Shown here piece after piece: positions 29,604 to 40,387 of a DNA stretch of 64,000 bases (its first letter is position 1; each line of letters starts with the position of its first letter). The notes under the pieces are model-generated. The model was not told where the DNA came from and made no database searches. It saw only the letters and a list, made by a program, of their open reading frames with translations. A program made the position numbers and the translations under genes. The DNA comes from Alphaproteobacteria bacterium (lineage in GTDB: Bacteria > Pseudomonadota > Alphaproteobacteria > UBA828). Location of the stretch: the NCBI GenBank assembly GCA_963422645.2, contig CAXXVO010000009.1, positions 288,001-352,000 of the forward strand. The letters run 5' to 3'.

Positions 29604-31115
29604 TTAGACCTTCACCACCAGGGTGCCGGATAGACGGCTGTTCGCCGCCGCCGACGGGAAGCCGATTAGCAGCTGCCGCGCGCTGTCCATTATCAGCTGC
29701 ACGTCGAAGTTGCCGAGCCTGAAAACCGCGCCGCGATGATCGTCTGTCGCTGCCTCGGGATTCGTCACCGCGTCGTCTCCCGTCGCGCGCGCCGTGGCGG
29801 TCTCAAGCTCAGGAATATCAACGGTCGCCGACGCGGTCCGCTCATAGGTCCGGTCGATGGCTTGCGTGTCGTGGTCCCACTCGAAGTCGCGGGCAGAGAC
29901 GTACATGAGCGGCTTGCCGGTGGGCACCGTTATGCCCGTGGCGACGAACGTCGGCGACGTCGTGTCGAAAGCGTAGGTATGTGTCGTACCCGGCGTGCCG
30001 CCACCCAGGCCGGCCAGGTCGTCTTCGGTAAGGATGCGCGCCCCGCCCGTCACGACGCGAATGGTCGCGCCCACCACAGACTGCGGCAGCCGCAGAGTCG
30101 ACGTGCGGAAATGCCCGGCCACGCCGTTGACCGTCAGGGCCGTTTTGCCCGTGAAAGCGACGCCGCCGGCAATGTCTTCAACGAGCGGATCGCCCGCAAG
30201 CCATAGCCCGAGATAGAGCGTCGCGTCGGTATCGAGCGCCGGCGGAAATGGCGGGACCGTCATACCGCTTGTCGTGCCGAGCGCCGCGCCGTCTATGGGG
30301 TGCAGGCTCGCGCGCGTGAAAACCGCCGCGCTCATTGTGCGAGATTGATTCCAGCCGAGCCGCATGGCGACGGGCGGGCCGGGCAGCCGACCGTCTCGCA
30401 CGTTGACCACCGCGCCATGACTGTCGATGACGCCCGCCACCTTGGCCAGCGGAACCGGAGTCGTGGCGTCGCGCGCCCATTGCGGAACGGCGGCTTCAAC
30501 GAGCACGCGGATCAGCTGTGCCGACCAACCCCGAATCGCCGTAGCCGCGCCGTTCTGCGCTTCCGCCGGTGACGGCGGCATGAGCGCGTCCTGCTTTTCG
30601 TCCGCCGTCGCCTGCGCAGCATCGGCCGCCGCCTGCGCTTCCTGCGCGGCCGTGCGCGCCGATTCGTCGATACCGTCGCCGCCGGTCGGCAGGTCTTCGC
30701 GCGTCACACTGCCATCGGCCAGCGTCACGACAAGCGCGCCCGCATCGACCGCGACGCCGACAACCGGGTTCTCAACACTGCCGAGCGCTTCCTGCGCAGC
30801 GGCCACGGCGTCGCCAGTGCTGCCGAGGCGATGCACCCTGTAGCCCAACAGCATCCGACCGGCGCCGGAATTTCTGACCGCATTAGCGAACGCCGCACCC
30901 CGGCTCGCGTGCGGGCTGTCGTAGATGTAGCCGACGATGGCACGGGCCGCCTCGTTCACCACGGCTTCCGAGGTCAAGGCGTAGGCCGCGCCTAGATACC
31001 GCTCAATCTCGGTCGTGGCGTAGGTCAGCAGCCTCCCGACCTCGGCCAGTTCCTCCGTCGTCGTGCCGATCCTGTTGGCAGCCGCAACCTGCGCAGGGGT
31101 GATTGTGACCGGCAT
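29604..31115 (-). CDS. Head-tail connector-like N-terminus fused to a fibre-like extension
   Basis: First ~95 aa: RLL..A...IERY...EA....VGYIYD...LLGYR; then an Ala/Gln coiled coil and a Thr/Gly-rich beta region. Confidence 0.55.
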   Translation of the reverse strand: MPVTITPAQVAAANRIGTTTEELAEVGRLLTYATTEIERYLGAAYALTSEAVVNEAARAIVGYIYDSPHASRGAAFANAVRNSGAGRMLLGYRVHRLGSTGDAVAAAQEALGSVENPVVGVAVDAGALVVTLADGSVTREDLPTGGDGIDESARTAAQEAQAAADAAQATADEKQDALMPPSPAEAQNGAATAIRGWSAQLIRVLVEAAVPQWARDATTPVPLAKVAGVIDSHGAVVNVRDGRLPGPPVAMRLGWNQSRTMSAAVFTRASLHPIDGAALGTTSGMTVPPFPPALDTDATLYLGLWLAGDPLVEDIAGGVAFTGKTALTVNGVAGHFRTSTLRLPQSVVGATIRVVTGGARILTEDDLAGLGGGTPGTTHTYAFDTTSPTFVATGITVPTGKPLMYVSARDFEWDHDTQAIDRTYERTASATVDIPELETATARATGDDAVTNPEAATDDHRGAVFRLGNFDVQLIMDSARQLLIGFPSAAANSRLSGTLVVKV

Positions 31116-31517
31116 TAGAGTAGGACCGTTCGGGCGCTGGGCAGGGCGGGCGCCTCGGCCTTGTCGCGGACCTCCACGCCGTTGCCATAGGCCGCGTCGT
31201 CCACCAGGGCCGCCGCGTGGAGGCTGGCACGGCGCACAAGGCGCATCCCGTCGCGCTGCCCTTCCTCCAGCGCCCGAAATTCGACGCTCAGGCCCCGCAG
31301 GGTGGCGTTGCGCACCATGACCGCCGCGTCCCTGCCCCGGCTTGTGTCAGGCAACGCCACGTCGATCATGACGGCATTGCCGCGCTGTTCTGGCGTGAAG
31401 CGCACCACGGGTTGGCGTCGGTCGTGCGAGAGATTCAGAATCACGCCGTCGGCGGGCCACGTCAGCGCGCCGGCCGCGAACATTTCGGGCCGGTCCTTGG
31501 CCCGCGTCTCATACTCG
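31115..31517 (-). pseudogene. HK97-family prohead protease, 5' truncated by IS66
   Basis: E.F..GA, LNLSHD, LPDT..GRD, GLSVEF, LVD..AY; the frame runs into the IS66 IR at 31518. Confidence 0.8.
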
Positions 31518-33387
31518 GTAACTGCCCAGGTTCTTGCTGTGAAAATTCTCTGGGATTCGGCACAACGCTACCCACGCGACGCCCGTGTGCTCCTCTGGGG
31601 TCGCCGGGTTTCACAGCTCACGATGCCCCTCTTGCGGACTGCGACCGGTAAGCTACCCCGATGTGGCCCGAAGTCCGCCCGCGCGACGGGCACCGATTTT
31701 CATTCTATGGGGTGGTCCAGCACGGCGTCGACCATGATCGTTTATGAGAATGGCTCCGCTGTTGGAGAACCCGTGCCAGGTGAGCTTACGCGCACTTGAC
31801 GGTGGCGATGAGCCGATCCGATGGGCTGGTCAGGGCTTCGATGATATTCCAGCCCTGCTTTCTGGCGGTGGTGATGACGCTGCGCAGGATGGCGAAGTTC
31901 TCGGCCCCCTGCGCGGACCGGAAGCCCCCGGAGATCTTCTGGCGCAGCTTCATCATCCGAAGGTCGCGCTCGGCCTCGTTGTTCGTGAACCCGACCTCGA
32001 GGTCGATCAGGAACCGGAGCACCGCGCATTTGTGGTCGCGCAGCCTCAAGGCCAGATTGTGACCGATCCTTCGCTTCCGGCGCTTCTTCCTCTTGCCAGG
32101 CGAGAACGGTGGTTGGCTCTCGTGAAAGGCCAGCGCATCGGCGATGATCTCGTCGTATCGGCGCTCGATCAGCGCCACAAGCCTCGCCGGAACGGCGATA
32201 TCCTTGTCCAGCGCGATGCGGGCGGCGCGATTGGCTCGGCGCAGGAGCTGCTGCATCCGCCGGGCCCAAGCCTCCCCTTCGATGTCCACCAGCGCCTGCA
32301 ACTCCCGCAGGTGATGGGCGTTGCACAGGCCGTGCTCCACCCCTTCCATCGCGAAGTACGGCTTCCAGTGATCGTGCACGACGATGCCGGAGACACCCGA
32401 GAGCAGGGCGCCGCGCTTGCCGCTGACCCGGTACGCCGCCAGCAGCGGCGTGCAGATCACATGAAGCCACTGCGTCTGACCGCCGATCCGCAAGCCGGTC
32501 TCGTCCATGTGTTTCACCCGCGCCGTGCCCGCCGCCAGGTCCTGTATGTGCAAGGCCGCGTCCCGCAAGCCGCTCGGCCGCCCTCTCGCTCATCGTCGCC
32601 AACGTCGCAGCCGTCACCGGCGCGCCGAAGAGCTCGGCCATCACCTGCGACAGCCGATCCTCCGGCAGGAAGTGAGCGTGCTGAAGGTAGACCGCCACCC
32701 CGGCAATGCGCGGGCCGTACTGCACCGGCGCCGACACCCCGTCGGGGAACGCCGCCCGGGTCACCGTCCCGCAATGCCCGCAGCACTTGGCATGCGCCCG
32801 GTGCTCGGTCACCTCCAGGGGGCTCGGCTCGGGCAGATCGAACACCTGGCGGGCGACGGGCGTTCCCGCCCTGGCCGCGTCCGAAAGCGGCGAACCGCAT
32901 CCCTTGCAGGAAGCCGGGACGTGATCCTTCACCCGATCCGGGTGATCGGCGCGGCGCAGCGTCTTGCCCTTGTGGCCGGGCTGGCCACCGGGCTTGCGGC
33001 CCGATTTGCCGCGCAGGCTTCGGGTTCGCCGCTTCGAATTCGGCTTCCTCAGCCCATCGCTCGAAGGCGGCTTGCCGCTGTTGCCGCTGTTGAGGCCGAG
33101 ACGGCGCTCCAACTCCTCGATGCGCTCGACGAGACGCGCGACTTGCTCTTCCAGCCGCGCGTTCTGCTGCCGAAGCCAGGCATTTTCCTCCCGAAGCCGG
33201 GCGTTCTCCTCCTCCAGGCGGGCGATCTTCTGCGCGGGCGTTTCGGGCGCTGCTCCCGTCGAAGGGCCGCGCGGCGACTCGGGATTGCTCATGTCGTTGT
33301 TGAGTCATTTCCCGAAATTCCCGTCAAGCCCTTTCCACCAACTCCGAACGAGAAACGCCTCAATCCACTGGCCCAAAATGACAAATC
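31518..33387 (-). mobile_element. IS66 copy 2 (far end interrupted)
   Basis: IR GTAACTGCCCAGG at 31518; a second IR in the same orientation at 33388 marks a nested insertion. Confidence 0.85.
31786..33292 (-). pseudogene. tnpC: IS66 transposase with +1 frameshift near 32568
   Basis: N-half has SGKPPSSD and a Zn finger; C-half has MDETG, HDH, CNAHHLREL and NNEAERDLR in another frame. Confidence 0.88.
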
Positions 33388-33800
33388 GTAACTGCCCAGG
33401 TACCCCCTCTCTCTTATGGAACAAGCCAGTTCCTTTTGCGTCAACGCCCCCACGCCGCGGGGGTGCCTACTCTCTTGAGCGCGAGAGGATGATGAACGCC
33501 GCGTCGCGAACAAGATGAGAGGACAGCGATACTCAGGATGAGCCGGAGAAGTTCAGGAGCGCAGTATAGGGATCAGCTGCATCGGTTCCGGGTGCGCCAG
33601 GATTTGCAGGATGTTCCAGCCTTGCTTTCGAGCGGTGACGATGACGCTGCGCATTCCGGCGAAGTTGCAGGCGCCTTGCAGGGAGCGGAAGCCGCCTGAG
33701 ATCTTCTCATGCACTTTGTTCATACGGATGTCACGCTCCGCCTCGTTATTCGTGAACGGCGTGCGCAGGTCGGTGAGGAAGCGCAGGCAGCCCTCCTTGA
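33388..33800 (-). mobile_element. IS66 copy 3 fragment (IR plus transposase C-terminus)
   Basis: GTAACTGCCCAGGTACCCC at 33388; 33553-33800 encodes KEGCLRFLTD..NNEAERDIR..KISGGFRS, paralogous to copy 1. Confidence 0.85.
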
Positions 33801-33809
33801 GCGCGCGCG

Positions 33810-35507
33810 GTGCCCTGCCGCGACGAGTGGATCGGGTGGCCGGCGGAAGGCTTCCGCAAGCACCTCGATCTGGTCGTGGGTCACACGCGTTTCCTGATCT
33901 TTCCCTGGGTCCGGGTCGACAACCTGGCGTCGAAAGCGCTGTCGATGGCGCTGCGCCAGCTGCCCGGCGACTGGGAGGCGCGCTTCGGAGCGCGCCCGGT
34001 TCTGGTGGAGACCTTCGTGGACCCCAGCCTCTTCGACGGCGCCTGCTACCGCGCGGCCAACTGGCGCTGTCTCGGCGAGACCGGGGGCGGCAAGGGCAAG
34101 ACCCGCAAAAGCGTCTACGTCTACCCGCTGACGCCGGACTTCCGCTCGATCCTGCTCGAAGGCCCGCGGCCGGCGCGGCGCGGGAACAGGACACGGCCGG
34201 CAGCGCTGGCGCCGGACGATCCCTTCGTGGCGCTGTGGCAGGACCTGATCGGCGCACTGGCGGCGGTGGCCGCCGATCACGACCGGGTGTGGCAGAGCCG
34301 CCGGCGGGTCCTCGACACCCTTCTCGTCATGCTCTTCATCTTCCGGCTGGCGTTCTCGAACGGCCGCGCGGGCTACGCCACGACGCTGGCCGGGCTGTGG
34401 GAGCAGTGCCGGGTCCTGGGCGTCGCACTGCCGCAGCCGGCGCCGGTCTCGGCCTCGGCGATGTGCATGGCGCGGGCCAAGGTCGACGAGGCGGTGTTCA
34501 AGACGCTGCACGCCGAGATCCTCAAGCGCGCCGACGGCCCGGCCTGGAAGGGCCACCGCGTGTTCGCGGTCGACGGCTCCAAGCTCAACCTGCCGCGGCC
34601 GCTGCTCAAGGCCGGCTACCGCACGCCCTCCGAGGCGGCCCACTACCCGCAGGGCCTGCTGAGTTGCCTCTACCGGCTGCACGCGAACATCCCGGTGGAC
34701 TTCGACCTGGTCGCGCACGGCGACGAAAGAAGGGCCGCCCTCGCCCACCTCAAGGCGCTCTCGGCCAACGACATCGTGGTCTATGACCGCGGCTACTACT
34801 CTTGGGAGATGCTGCACGCCCATGTCGCCCGCGGCCTGCACCCCGTGTTCCGGATCAAGAAGAAGGCAGGCGCCGCCCTCGACGCCTTCATCGCCGACGG
34901 CCGCACGGACGCGCCGATCACCGTCGCTCCCGGAAAGGACACCCTGAGAAAGCTGCGCCGCAAGACGCCGCACGTCGACGCCACCCCGCTGCGCCTGCGA
35001 CTGGTCCGCTACCGCACCGGCAGCACGGTCTTCATCCTCGCCACCACCCTCCTCGACCCCAAGGCCTGGAGCGTCGCGGAACTGGCCGAGCTCTATCACG
35101 CGCGCTGGGGAATCGAGGAACTCTACAAGACCTCGAAACAGGCCATGGCCGTCGAGGCCTTCCACAGCCAGACCGAGCGCGGCGTCCGCCAGGAGCTCTT
35201 CGCCCACTTCAACCTCATCGCCATGACCCGGCTCTTCACCAACCGCAGCAACGCAAGCCTCGACGCCGAGCGCCCTGCCGACGGCAAGCCGGCGATGAAA
35301 GCCAACTTCAGCAACGGCCTCGCCACCGTCGCGCGCAACCTCGAAGCGCTGCTGCTGCGCCATACGGCGATGGTCGCCGAAACCCTCAGCCATGTCCTCT
35401 CCTGCATCAACCAGGCGCGTCAGCGCCCGCGCCCCGGCCGGTCCTGCGAACGCAGGTCGCGCAAACCCCGCGGCAAGTGGGCACGCGCAAAGCGGGCCGT
35501 CGCCTGA
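33810..35507 (+). CDS. IS4-family transposase with N-terminal DUF4338 (DruA-like) domain, 5' truncated
   Basis: RDEWIGW..RFLIFPWV.V.NLAS..ETFVD..G.CYRAANW; DDE core AVDGS, YDRGY, YHARWGIEE.YK. Confidence 0.8.
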   Translation: MPCRDEWIGWPAEGFRKHLDLVVGHTRFLIFPWVRVDNLASKALSMALRQLPGDWEARFGARPVLVETFVDPSLFDGACYRAANWRCLGETGGGKGKTRKSVYVYPLTPDFRSILLEGPRPARRGNRTRPAALAPDDPFVALWQDLIGALAAVAADHDRVWQSRRRVLDTLLVMLFIFRLAFSNGRAGYATTLAGLWEQCRVLGVALPQPAPVSASAMCMARAKVDEAVFKTLHAEILKRADGPAWKGHRVFAVDGSKLNLPRPLLKAGYRTPSEAAHYPQGLLSCLYRLHANIPVDFDLVAHGDERRAALAHLKALSANDIVVYDRGYYSWEMLHAHVARGLHPVFRIKKKAGAALDAFIADGRTDAPITVAPGKDTLRKLRRKTPHVDATPLRLRLVRYRTGSTVFILATTLLDPKAWSVAELAELYHARWGIEELYKTSKQAMAVEAFHSQTERGVRQELFAHFNLIAMTRLFTNRSNASLDAERPADGKPAMKANFSNGLATVARNLEALLLRHTAMVAETLSHVLSCINQARQRPRPGRSCERRSRKPRGKWARAKRAVA

Positions 35508-35579
35508 ACACCTGAACGATAGAAACGCACGCAACCGACAGCGCAAGAACACGACTCCTTAAGTGAACAGTCGAAAACC

Positions 35580-35597
35580 GCTAAGTGAATGCCATTG
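35580..35597 (+). repeat. Probable IS4 right terminal IR
   Basis: TAAGTGAATGCCATTG downstream of the transposase, with a partial TAAGTGAA copy at ~35560. Confidence 0.55.
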
Positions 35598-35729
35598 CGC
35601 AGGCGCCGGGTCGCGCCAACAGGCGCGCGGAACCAAAGAATTGCCGGCTGCCGTGAGCGAAGATGCGCCGGCTGGCGCGATGCGGCACACTGTCGCCCAA
35701 TCTGGATTTGCGAACCGGGGAGACCACTG

Positions 35730-36672
35730 ATGGCACGGGTCACGGAAGCGACGCCCGACGGCGTCGTGAGATTGGAGAACCGCTTTGCCGACGGCGCCGC
35801 CTTCGTCGAGGGCGCCTATGTGCCGATCGGCGAGGCGCGGATACCGATCCTCGATTGGGGCTTCACCCGCTCCGACGTCACCTACGACGTGGTCCCCGTC
35901 TGGGGCGGCAAGTTCTTCCGTCTCGACCACCATCTCGACCGCTTCGAGAAGAGCCTCGCCAGCGTCCGCATGTCCGTTCCTCACGAGCGCGACGAGGTGG
36001 TCGACATCCTGATGCGGCTCATGCGCCTCAGCCAGCTGCGCGACGCCTACGTAGAGGTGCTCTGCACCCGCGGGATGCCGCCCAAGGGCACCCGCGACCC
36101 CAGAGCCTGCGAGAACCGCTTCATCGCTCGCCGTCCCCTTCGTCTGGATTGCGGACGAGGAGATGCGTGCGCGCGGCATCAACCTGCACCTGAGCTCCTA
36201 CCTGCGGATCCCGCCGGGCTCGGTGGACCCCACTGCAAAGAATTTCCACTGGGGCGACATGATCCGCGCGCTCTTCGAAAGCTACGAGCGAGGCTGCGAC
36301 ATGCCGGTGGTGGTGGACCTCGACGGCAACATTGCCGAGGGGCCGGGCTTCAACGTCTTCGCCGTGAAGGGCGGCACCGCGACCACGCCGGGCGGCACCT
36401 GCCTGGAAGGCATCACGCGGCGGACCGCGCTCGACCTGCTCGGTGAGCTGAACGTGAAGGGCGAGGTCGGTACCGTCTCGCCGGACGACCTGCGCGGCGC
36501 CGATGAGGTCTTCGCTACCAGCACGGCAGGGGGCATCCTGCCGGTCACCAGGATTGACCATGAGCCCGTAGGCGACGGCACCACCGGCCCGCTGACCGAA
36601 AGGCTGCGCGACCTCTACTGGGTGCGGCACGAGGACGACCGCGACGCCACCCCCATCGACTACGAGGGCTGA
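35730..36672 (+). pseudogene. Fold type IV PLP aminotransferase, (R)-amine transaminase-like, frameshifted near 36128
   Basis: DWGFTRSDVTYDV, DAYVE, KNFHWGD, EGPGFN, LEGITR, STAGG spread over two frames. Confidence 0.82.
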
Positions 36673-36735
36673 GCCGCAGAGCGCACGCACCTCAAGCGAT
36701 TTCGCTAGCGGCTGTCGGCGGCGAGCTCGCGCGCC

Positions 36736-38406
<1,671 letters not shown>

Positions 38407-38454
38407 CCCCGACCTTGGTGCGGTGCACAGCACGCCGGGCCTCTGCCCTGCCCC

Positions 38455-39294
38455 TCAACTCCCCGAAGCAAGCGCGCGTGCCGGGTGCGCTGCGCCGCGA
38501 TAAAGCACCTCTGCCTGCACCTCGACCTTGCGCTGCCACGCCGTGCGCGCCGCCGGGCTCATCTCCTCGACCGGGCGCGGGTCGACATCGAAATTGTGGA
38601 AGCGATCGACGCCCCGCACCAGCGTCGCGGATTCGCGCGGCTCGTGCTGCCAGGCATGCGTGGGCACGTATTCGATGAGGAAGACGATGCGCCGGTCGTC
38701 GCTTCGGTTGGGTCCGGAGGAATGGCAGATCGCGTTGTTGAAGAAGACCGCCTCGCCCGCCGCCAGCGGCAGCGAGACCGCGGCCGGCTCGTCGACGGGA
38801 GCGTCGATCTGCTGCTCGCGGGTGAGCATGCTGTCGGTGCCGAAGTGCTCGCGGTGCGGCAGCAGCGCCCCGCGATGGGACCCGGGGATCACGCGGAGGC
38901 ACCCGGCGCCCTCGCCACAGTCGGAGAGCGCGAGGGCTGCGATCACCACGATCGGCTTGATGTCGCAGTAGGCGGTGTCCTGATGCCAGCCGGCGAAGGT
39001 CCTGCCGTCCGCCTCCTTGAGCCTGAGCGAGACGCCCCAGGCCAGGAGGTTGGGGCCGAGCAGGTCTTCCATCGGATCGAGCAGGCCGGGATGGCGGATG
39101 AATTCGTCGGTCCAGGGGCAGAGCAGCGAGGCGCCCTGGTCGAGCATGTGGCGGTCTTCCGGCCAGCGCCGCTCGAAGCGCTCCAGCTCGGCGCGGTAGT
39201 GCTGCGCCTCGCCCGCGCTCAGGGCGCGGAGCGGCCCGCAATAGCCCGTCTCGAAGAAGCTACGCCGCTCGGCCTCGCCCAACCGCTTCGGCAT
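38455..39294 (-). CDS. Phytanoyl-CoA dioxygenase (PhyH) family Fe/2OG enzyme
   Basis: WHQD, GCLRVIPGSH, HSSGPN.S..RR. Confidence 0.88.
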   Translation of the reverse strand: MPKRLGEAERRSFFETGYCGPLRALSAGEAQHYRAELERFERRWPEDRHMLDQGASLLCPWTDEFIRHPGLLDPMEDLLGPNLLAWGVSLRLKEADGRTFAGWHQDTAYCDIKPIVVIAALALSDCGEGAGCLRVIPGSHRGALLPHREHFGTDSMLTREQQIDAPVDEPAAVSLPLAAGEAVFFNNAICHSSGPNRSDDRRIVFLIEYVPTHAWQHEPRESATLVRGVDRFHNFDVDPRPVEEMSPAARTAWQRKVEVQAEVLYRGAAHPARALASGS

Positions 39295-39399
39295 TCGCCC
39301 GCCAGCCTCACCGTGCCCTGCGCGCACTCATAGCAGGTTTCGCCCCGGCGGGTGAGGCGCGCGGCAGTTATTGTGGCGTCTTGAGGTGTAGCCGGCCCG

Positions 39400-40173
39400 C
39401 TAATTGAAGCCGCAGTCTTCCACGGTCGCGATCAGGGCGGACCAGATGCCGTCCCGCTCTCCGTAGCAGCCCTTGCGCCATTCACCTTGGTGGACATCGC
39501 CATCGGCGAAGCTCGCGGTGCCGAATCCGTGCGGCCTGTCGTCGTACCACGCGCCCTCGTAGCGGTGGCCGGCAGCCCATTTGTAGGTCCCCCTTCCGTG
39601 TCTCTTGCCGTCGCGCCATTCGCCTTCGTAGCGGGCGCCGTCGCTCCGTTTCAAGATCCCGTGCCCGTGCAGCTTGCCGGCTTCCGTGTGGCCTTCGTAA
39701 ACGTACTTGCCGTAGCGGGTGCGCCAGACGAGCCTGCCCTCCCCCGAGACCTTGCCGTCCACGCAGGCGCCCGACCACGTGAAGGACTTACGGTCACTTT
39801 GGCCGTCATTCCACACTTGGCAGGGTCGGTTCTCGGTTACGGACCAGCGGGAATCGGACGATATCGTACGCGCCGAAGCCGAAGCCTCCCTCAAGAGGGG
39901 TGCGTAGATGAAGGCCTCGTCGCCGTCCCCGCGCAGGTCGATCCGCAGCCAGTCGCGGCCCTGAACGGCGCCGGTCACACGTACCTTGGCGCCCGCCTTC
40001 AGGACGTAGCGCACGTCATAGCTGGTGCCGGGGCCGGCTCGGACATTCGCCGTCTCCGCCACCTCCATCACGTGGTTGAGCGGATCGATCGTGTCGGCCT
40101 TCGCCGCGCGCGCGCCGATTACCCAGATCATGGCCGCGGCAAGCACCGCAGCCAGAATCGCGTGCGTTCTCAT
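39400..40173 (-). CDS. Exported SH3b plus MORN-repeat protein
   Basis: Signal peptide, ANVRAGPGTSY, WSGACVDG, four YEG.W..G..HG.G-type repeats. Confidence 0.82.
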   Translation of the reverse strand: MRTHAILAAVLAAAMIWVIGARAAKADTIDPLNHVMEVAETANVRAGPGTSYDVRYVLKAGAKVRVTGAVQGRDWLRIDLRGDGDEAFIYAPLLREASASARTISSDSRWSVTENRPCQVWNDGQSDRKSFTWSGACVDGKVSGEGRLVWRTRYGKYVYEGHTEAGKLHGHGILKRSDGARYEGEWRDGKRHGRGTYKWAAGHRYEGAWYDDRPHGFGTASFADGDVHQGEWRKGCYGERDGIWSALIATVEDCGFN

Positions 40174-40387
40174 GGATCCCCCGTGAGCGCCTTGTTGGAT
40201 CGGCGCTCTTACACCCTCGCCGGTAACGGCCATGAGCCGCTATGTCCGGCGGAGAATAGTACATGTTGCGCGCTGCCCCTACTCTCGCGCAGACGCCCGA
40301 AGCGGCAGATGGCGCGGGCCTTGCGCCGCCGGTGCGCCCGTTGCGAGGATGCGCACGCGGGTGACGAGGGCGCGGGGGACCGGGCGG

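Larger units (their letters stand above)
27421..31517 (-). mobile_element. Phage/satellite head-neck module remnant
   Basis: Tightly coupled minus-strand ORFs (protease, connector, head closure, gp10-like, portal); bounded by a tRNA fragment and an IS66. Confidence 0.7.

Noticed and set aside
31531-31785. Possible ncRNA or cargo in the long tail of IS66 copy 2
   Set aside because: No convincing ORF, repeat or recognisable RNA structure by eye
32560-32580. Programmed frameshift in IS66 copy 2
   Set aside because: There is no slippery run; a single extra base fits a mutation or sequencing error, and copy 1 is continuous
33810-34160. Complete Druantia defence system
   Set aside because: No DruE helicase or other dru genes are present; the domain is part of a transposase
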